Source: Desulfobacterales bacterium (lineage in GTDB: Bacteria; Desulfobacterota; Desulfobacteria; Desulfobacterales; UBA5616). From it: DNA of 64,000 bases. A program made the translations under genes and the position numbers. The stretch covers positions 1 through 64,000 of the forward strand of contig JAWODC010000044.1 of assembly GCA_046483495.1 (NCBI GenBank), written 5' to 3'. Each line of letters starts with the position of its first letter. Within the stretch, counting starts at the first letter, position 1. Shown here piece by piece: positions 59,769-64,000 of the stretch. Under the pieces are notes generated by a model. It saw nothing but the letters and a program-made list of their open reading frames with translations. It did not search any database and was not told the DNA's origin.

Positions 59769-61666
59769 ACGGCTCGCTGTGAAGCTTTCATTTCGATCAG
59801 TTCCATGGCAGCCGCCGTTACCGCCCGGGCATCCAGGCCGTATTTCGCCAGCAGCAAACGTTGACTGCCGTGCTCGACGAAAACATCGGCGATTCCCAGA
59901 CGCTTTATACGAAAACCGGTAATGCCGTTGTCATTCAACACCTCCAGCACCGCGGTTCCAAAGCCGCCTTGAAGAACATGCTCCTCTAACGTGATCACCC
60001 GGGGAACAGTGCTGACGAGGGAACATATCAGTTCATGATCCAGGGGTTTGATAAAACGGCAATTAACGACGGCGGCACGGATCCCCAGTTCATTTAAATC
60101 GTTACATGCGTTCAGCGCTTCAGACACCAACCGCCCGACGGCAAGAATCAGGACATCTTTTCCTTCCCTCAACATCTCGGCCTTACCGATGGTCAGCGGG
60201 GCAGGGGAGGGGGTTATCGTTACCCCTGTTCCAATGCCTCTGGGGTATCGGAATGCAATGGGGCCGTCCTGATAATCCATCGCCGTTACCATCATTTGAC
60301 ACAGTTCATCTTCATCCTTGGGCGCCATCACCACCATATTGGGAAGACTTCTCAAGTACGAAAAGTCGAACAGCCCGTGGTGCGTAGGTCCGTCTTCACC
60401 GACGATTCCGCCTCGGTCGATTGCGAACTTGACCGGGAGAGACTCGATGCAGACATCGTGAAGGATCTGATCATATGCACGCTGCAAAAACGTGGAGTAA
60501 ACGGCCACAACAGGCTTGATCCCTTCGGCGGCCATTCCCGCCGCAAATGTTACGCCGTGCTGCTCTGCGATTCCCACATCGAAAAACCGGTCCGGAAACC
60601 GTTCGGCGAATCGGGCCAGTCCGGTTCCTTCCGGCATGGCTGCGGTAACCGCGACGATTGCATCGTCTTTTTCGGCCAGTTCGATCATCTTTTCTCCGAA
60701 CACCCGGGTATAGGACGGCGCCTTGACATCATGTGCGGTACAGTTGCCGGTTTCGATTTCAAAACAGCCGACCCCGTGAAAGTAGACCGGATTCTTTTCG
60801 GCCGGTGCGTACCCCTTTCCCTTCACGGTTCTGACGTGCAGAAGCACCGGCTCTTCGAGCTCCTTGACATTTTCCAGAATGTCGATCAGGTGATGAAGCT
60901 TGTGGCCGTCAATGGGGCCGAAATATTCAAATCCGAATGCCTCGAACAGCATTCCGGGTGTAATGAACGTTTTGAACGATTCTTCCGAACGTTTGGCCAG
61001 CTGATAGATATCATTTCCGATACCCGGAACGGATTTCAGAAATTCTCCCAGTGACTTTCTCAGATCCTGAAGGTACTTGGCGGAAAGGGTCCGGCTCAGA
61101 AAGGACGATAGGGCGCCGACATTGGGAGATATGGACAAATCGTTGTCATTCAGGATCACAATGATATTTTTGTGGATGTGGCCCGCCTGATTCAGCCCTT
61201 CATAGGCCAGGCCGGCGGTCATAGACCCGTCCCCGATCACCGCGACGATCTTGCTGTCCGACCCCGTCATCCGCTTTGCACAGGCCATCCCCACGCCCGC
61301 GGAAATCGACGTGCTGCTGTGGCCCGTAGTAAACGCGTCATAGGGGCTTTCACTGCGTTTGGTAAATCCGGAAATGCCGCCGAGTTGCCGCAATGTTGAA
61401 AATCGTTCGTTTCTGCCTGTGAGAATTTTATGGGCATATGCTTGATGTCCGACATCCCATATGATTTTGTCGTTCGGCAGGTCGAAAACGTAGTGAAGGG
61501 CAATGGCCAGTTCAACGGCCCCCAAACTCGGAGCCAGATGGCCTCCGGTTTTTGAAACAACCGATACAATGAGATTTCGAATCTCCTGGGCGAGCGTCTT
61601 CAGATCGGATATCGGCAGCTTTTTTAAATCCGCCGGACTGTTGATGTGATTCAGAAGATGGTCCAC
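59765..61666 (-). CDS. dxs: 1-deoxy-D-xylulose-5-phosphate synthase
   Basis: WDVGHQAYAHK, GHSSTS, GDGSMT, DVGIAEQH, DGPTH. Confidence 0.97.
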   Translation of the reverse strand: MDHLLNHINSPADLKKLPISDLKTLAQEIRNLIVSVVSKTGGHLAPSLGAVELAIALHYVFDLPNDKIIWDVGHQAYAHKILTGRNERFSTLRQLGGISGFTKRSESPYDAFTTGHSSTSISAGVGMACAKRMTGSDSKIVAVIGDGSMTAGLAYEGLNQAGHIHKNIIVILNDNDLSISPNVGALSSFLSRTLSAKYLQDLRKSLGEFLKSVPGIGNDIYQLAKRSEESFKTFITPGMLFEAFGFEYFGPIDGHKLHHLIDILENVKELEEPVLLHVRTVKGKGYAPAEKNPVYFHGVGCFEIETGNCTAHDVKAPSYTRVFGEKMIELAEKDDAIVAVTAAMPEGTGLARFAERFPDRFFDVGIAEQHGVTFAAGMAAEGIKPVVAVYSTFLQRAYDQILHDVCIESLPVKFAIDRGGIVGEDGPTHHGLFDFSYLRSLPNMVVMAPKDEDELCQMMVTAMDYQDGPIAFRYPRGIGTGVTITPSPAPLTIGKAEMLREGKDVLILAVGRLVSEALNACNDLNELGIRAAVVNCRFIKPLDHELICSLVSTVPRVITLEEHVLQGGFGTAVLEVLNDNGITGFRIKRLGIADVFVEHGSQRLLLAKYGLDARAVTAAAMELIEMKASQRAV

Positions 61667-61679
61667 GTAAGCATACTCC

Positions 61680-62579
61680 CTATCTGTCTCTGTTGATAAT
61701 GTAAGTTGCGATTTCCCTCAGGGGAAGGGCACGTGTACCAAAATCATCAATCGTATTCAAGGCATTGTCGATTAAATCGCGTGCAAACCGCCGGGCGGCA
61801 TCCACACCGCCCAGAATCACGGGATAGGTGCATTTTTCGACGGCGGCATCCGTCCCGACCGATTTCCCCATCCGGTTGGGGTCGCCTTCGATATTCAGAA
61901 TGTCGTCTGTCACCTGGAACGCCAGTCCGATCTGTCTGCCGTAGGCTTTCAAGGCGGAAATCCGGTCTTCATCGCCGCCGGCAAGGATGGCTCCCGCCGC
62001 AACGGAAGCCTCGATCAGCGCCCCGGTTTTCAAGCGGTGCATATGTTCCAGCTCGGACCGGCAAAGCCGCTTTCCTTCATTGCCGATATCCAGCATTTGG
62101 CCCTGAACCATGCCGCCGGCACCCGCAGCCGATGCAATTAAACGGATCAATTGAACCTGCCGTCCCGGCGTTACGACACCACTTAGACCGGGATCCGACA
62201 AGACCTCAAAGGCGAGGGTTAACAGGGCATCTCCCGCCAGAATAGCGGTGGCGTCATCGAATTTTACGTGACAGGTGGGTTTTCCCCTTCGCAAGTCGTC
62301 ATTGTCCATGGCCGGAAGATCGTCATGAATCAGGGAATAGGTGTGAATCAATTCCAGGCTGCAGGCGGGATTGAGAAGGTCTTCAAACCGGCGGTCCTTC
62401 TCTAAAGCATCCGCTGCGGCAAGGCAGAGGATCGGCCGTATTCGTTTTCCGCCCGCGGTCAGTGAATAGTGCATGGCATCGCCCAATCGGCCGGAAGGAA
62501 CGAATGCCGCAATGATATGATGCAGCGCCCGGTCGATCCGGTTTTTGCGGTTCGCCAGGTAGTTTTTTAAATCGAACAT
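61680..62579 (-). CDS. ispA: Polyprenyl (farnesyl) diphosphate synthase
   Basis: GGKRIRP, SLIHDDLPAMDNDDLRRG, FQVTDD; likely start MFDLK at 62579. Confidence 0.95.
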   Translation of the reverse strand: MFDLKNYLANRKNRIDRALHHIIAAFVPSGRLGDAMHYSLTAGGKRIRPILCLAAADALEKDRRFEDLLNPACSLELIHTYSLIHDDLPAMDNDDLRRGKPTCHVKFDDATAILAGDALLTLAFEVLSDPGLSGVVTPGRQVQLIRLIASAAGAGGMVQGQMLDIGNEGKRLCRSELEHMHRLKTGALIEASVAAGAILAGGDEDRISALKAYGRQIGLAFQVTDDILNIEGDPNRMGKSVGTDAAVEKCTYPVILGGVDAARRFARDLIDNALNTIDDFGTRALPLREIATYIINRDR

Positions 62580-62661
62580 ATAGGACCCGGAATTTTCGTT
62601 TATTTTGCCGGGGATAAGCCGGCGGTAATCATCACCCAACGCGCTGTAAGGCAAACACCGC

Positions 62662-62901
62662 TCATTCGACTTCTCCAATTTCGTCCGAAAAGGGTTTTTC
62701 CGTAATGCATCCTTTCGCATCCTTCAGCAGCAGATTGATCTTTTTTTCCGTCTCATCCAGGAGGCCGGAACAGAATTTGGACAGCGCCATGCCTTCTTCA
62801 AATTTTTGAATGGCCTTTTCGAGGGGCAGGTCACTGGACTCCAGCTCATGTATAATCTGTTCCAGTTCTTTCATACTTTCTTCAAACGTTTTCTTTGCCA
62901 T
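62662..62901 (-). CDS. xseB: Exodeoxyribonuclease VII small subunit
   Basis: TFEESMKELEQII...LPLEKAIQKFEEG; position between xseA and ispA. Confidence 0.95.
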   Translation of the reverse strand: MAKKTFEESMKELEQIIHELESSDLPLEKAIQKFEEGMALSKFCSGLLDETEKKINLLLKDAKGCITEKPFSDEIGEVE

Positions 62902-64000
62902 CGGCCGACTTCCTTTCGACACGGCATGTCAACATGCCTTTTGCCAGTACGATTTCAAGTTGCTGATCAACCGCCACCTCATTTTCATCACGAACCACCC
63001 GGGCATCCGGAATGGTTCGCGTAATGCTGTATCCGCGCTGCAGGATCGACTTGGGGTCGAGGGATTTGAGCCGGGTGTCGCATTCACGAATTTCCCGCCA
63101 TTTTGATTGGTATATATTTGCCATTTGTTTCAATAACTGATGTTCTAATTGATGACGTTCATCCTTGGCCTTTGCAACCCGCAGCAGCGGGGTCTTCGAC
63201 ATCAGCGAATCGTGGCGCCAGCGGCATCTTTCCCGGCGTTGCCGCATGTCCCTGATCATGATGTGCACCAGACGAATCGTCAGATCATCGAGCCTCAACC
63301 GGTTGTCATCCACTCTTTTTTTGGGATCCGCAATGCGCTTTGCAAGCTCTTTCACGATCTGACGTTTCTTCTCGATATACCTGTACATACCACGATTTAT
63401 GACCAATGTCAGATCTGAAATGCGATCGGCCAGACGCACTTTTTCAGGAACCGCGAGCTCCGCGGCGGCGGACGGCGTGGGGGCTCTCAGGTCCGCGACA
63501 AAGTCCGAGATGGTCACATCCACCTCATGGCCGACCGCCGATATAACGGGTATGGCAGACGCAAATACGGCCCTGGCGACGGCCTCGGAATTGAACGCCT
63601 GTAAATCTTCGAGCGATCCGCCGCCTCGGGCCAGAATGATGACATCCGACAAGCAGCGCCGATTCAGGCTTTCGAGTGCATCGACGATCTGAAACGCCGC
63701 CTCGTCTCCCTGCACCTTTACCGGGAATATATCCAGTTGAACGTTTGGAAACCGGCGGAACAAAATATGAATCACATCATGCACAACCGCCCCGGTAGGC
63801 GAGGTAATCAGTCCGATGCGGCGCGGCAGAAACGGGATGGGCTTTTTGAAGCGGGCGTCGAACAGTCCTTCATCCGACAACCGTCTTTTCAGCTGTTCGA
63901 AGGCGACCTGCAGCGCTCCGATGCCTTTGGGTTCGATATATTCGAAAATGATCTGGTAGGTGCCCCGGGGTTCATATGCGCTGATTCTGCCGAGGCCGAC
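62882..64000 (-). CDS. xseA: Exodeoxyribonuclease VII large subunit, 5' end outside the window
   Basis: ITSPTGA, ARGGGSLEDL, SAVGHE, RAPTPSAAAE, LQRGYS; the frame stays open to the window edge. Confidence 0.95.
   Translation of the reverse strand, partial: VGLGRISAYEPRGTYQIIFEYIEPKGIGALQVAFEQLKRRLSDEGLFDARFKKPIPFLPRRIGLITSPTGAVVHDVIHILFRRFPNVQLDIFPVKVQGDEAAFQIVDALESLNRRCLSDVIILARGGGSLEDLQAFNSEAVARAVFASAIPVISAVGHEVDVTISDFVADLRAPTPSAAAELAVPEKVRLADRISDLTLVINRGMYRYIEKKRQIVKELAKRIADPKKRVDDNRLRLDDLTIRLVHIMIRDMRQRRERCRWRHDSLMSKTPLLRVAKAKDERHQLEHQLLKQMANIYQSKWREIRECDTRLKSLDPKSILQRGYSITRTIPDARVVRDENEVAVDQQLEIVLAKGMLTCRVERKSADGKENV

Noticed and set aside
1..64000. CRISPR arrays, tRNA/rRNA genes, IS elements, prophage
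   Set aside because: No regularly spaced repeats, cloverleaf or rRNA motifs, transposase, integrase or phage structural genes were seen by eye.

Overview
Bacterial DNA whose gene content and protein style fit an anaerobic deltaproteobacterium (Desulfobacterales-like; inferred, not searched). It has four blocks. (1) 1-~850 is a mosaic of a headless aspartate kinase fragment (minus strand) abutting a PAS/PAC fragment (plus strand), probably a chimeric contig end. (2) 1.2-5.1 kb is a signalling patch: a 7TM-PAS hybrid histidine kinase, a degenerate hemerythrin-fold protein and a stand-alone HisKA microprotein. (3) 5.3-28.9 kb is a large sigma54 activator followed by a clear -24/-12 promoter, candidate enhancer palindromes and a ~20 kb co-oriented acyl-CoA catabolic cluster. 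The cluster holds an HMG-CoA-lyase-like enzyme, a TPP 2-hydroxyacyl-CoA-lyase-like enzyme, two CoA ligases, a radical 2-hydroxyacyl-CoA dehydratase/class I benzoyl-CoA reductase-like four-gene set, a CoA-transferase-GNAT fusion, an Ltp2-like aldolase with DUF35, a crotonase and three acyl-CoA dehydrogenases. It has three C-C lyase types but no true thiolase or 3-hydroxyacyl-CoA dehydrogenase, and is the best candidate for an undescribed pathway (possibly O2-independent alpha-oxidation of beta-blocked acids). (4) 29-64 kb is mostly core genome (recB, recD, fabH, ispF, cysS, uvrB, uvrC, mdh, purC, EF-G paralogue, tlyA, dxs, ispA, xseB, xseA) with small uncharacterised modules (DUF2760-Hsp70; TPR-MglA-DUF4388/cNMP-PilZ; ParB-N plus SplB-like radical SAM). 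I saw no rRNA, tRNA, CRISPR array or transposase. All calls come from motif recognition by eye.
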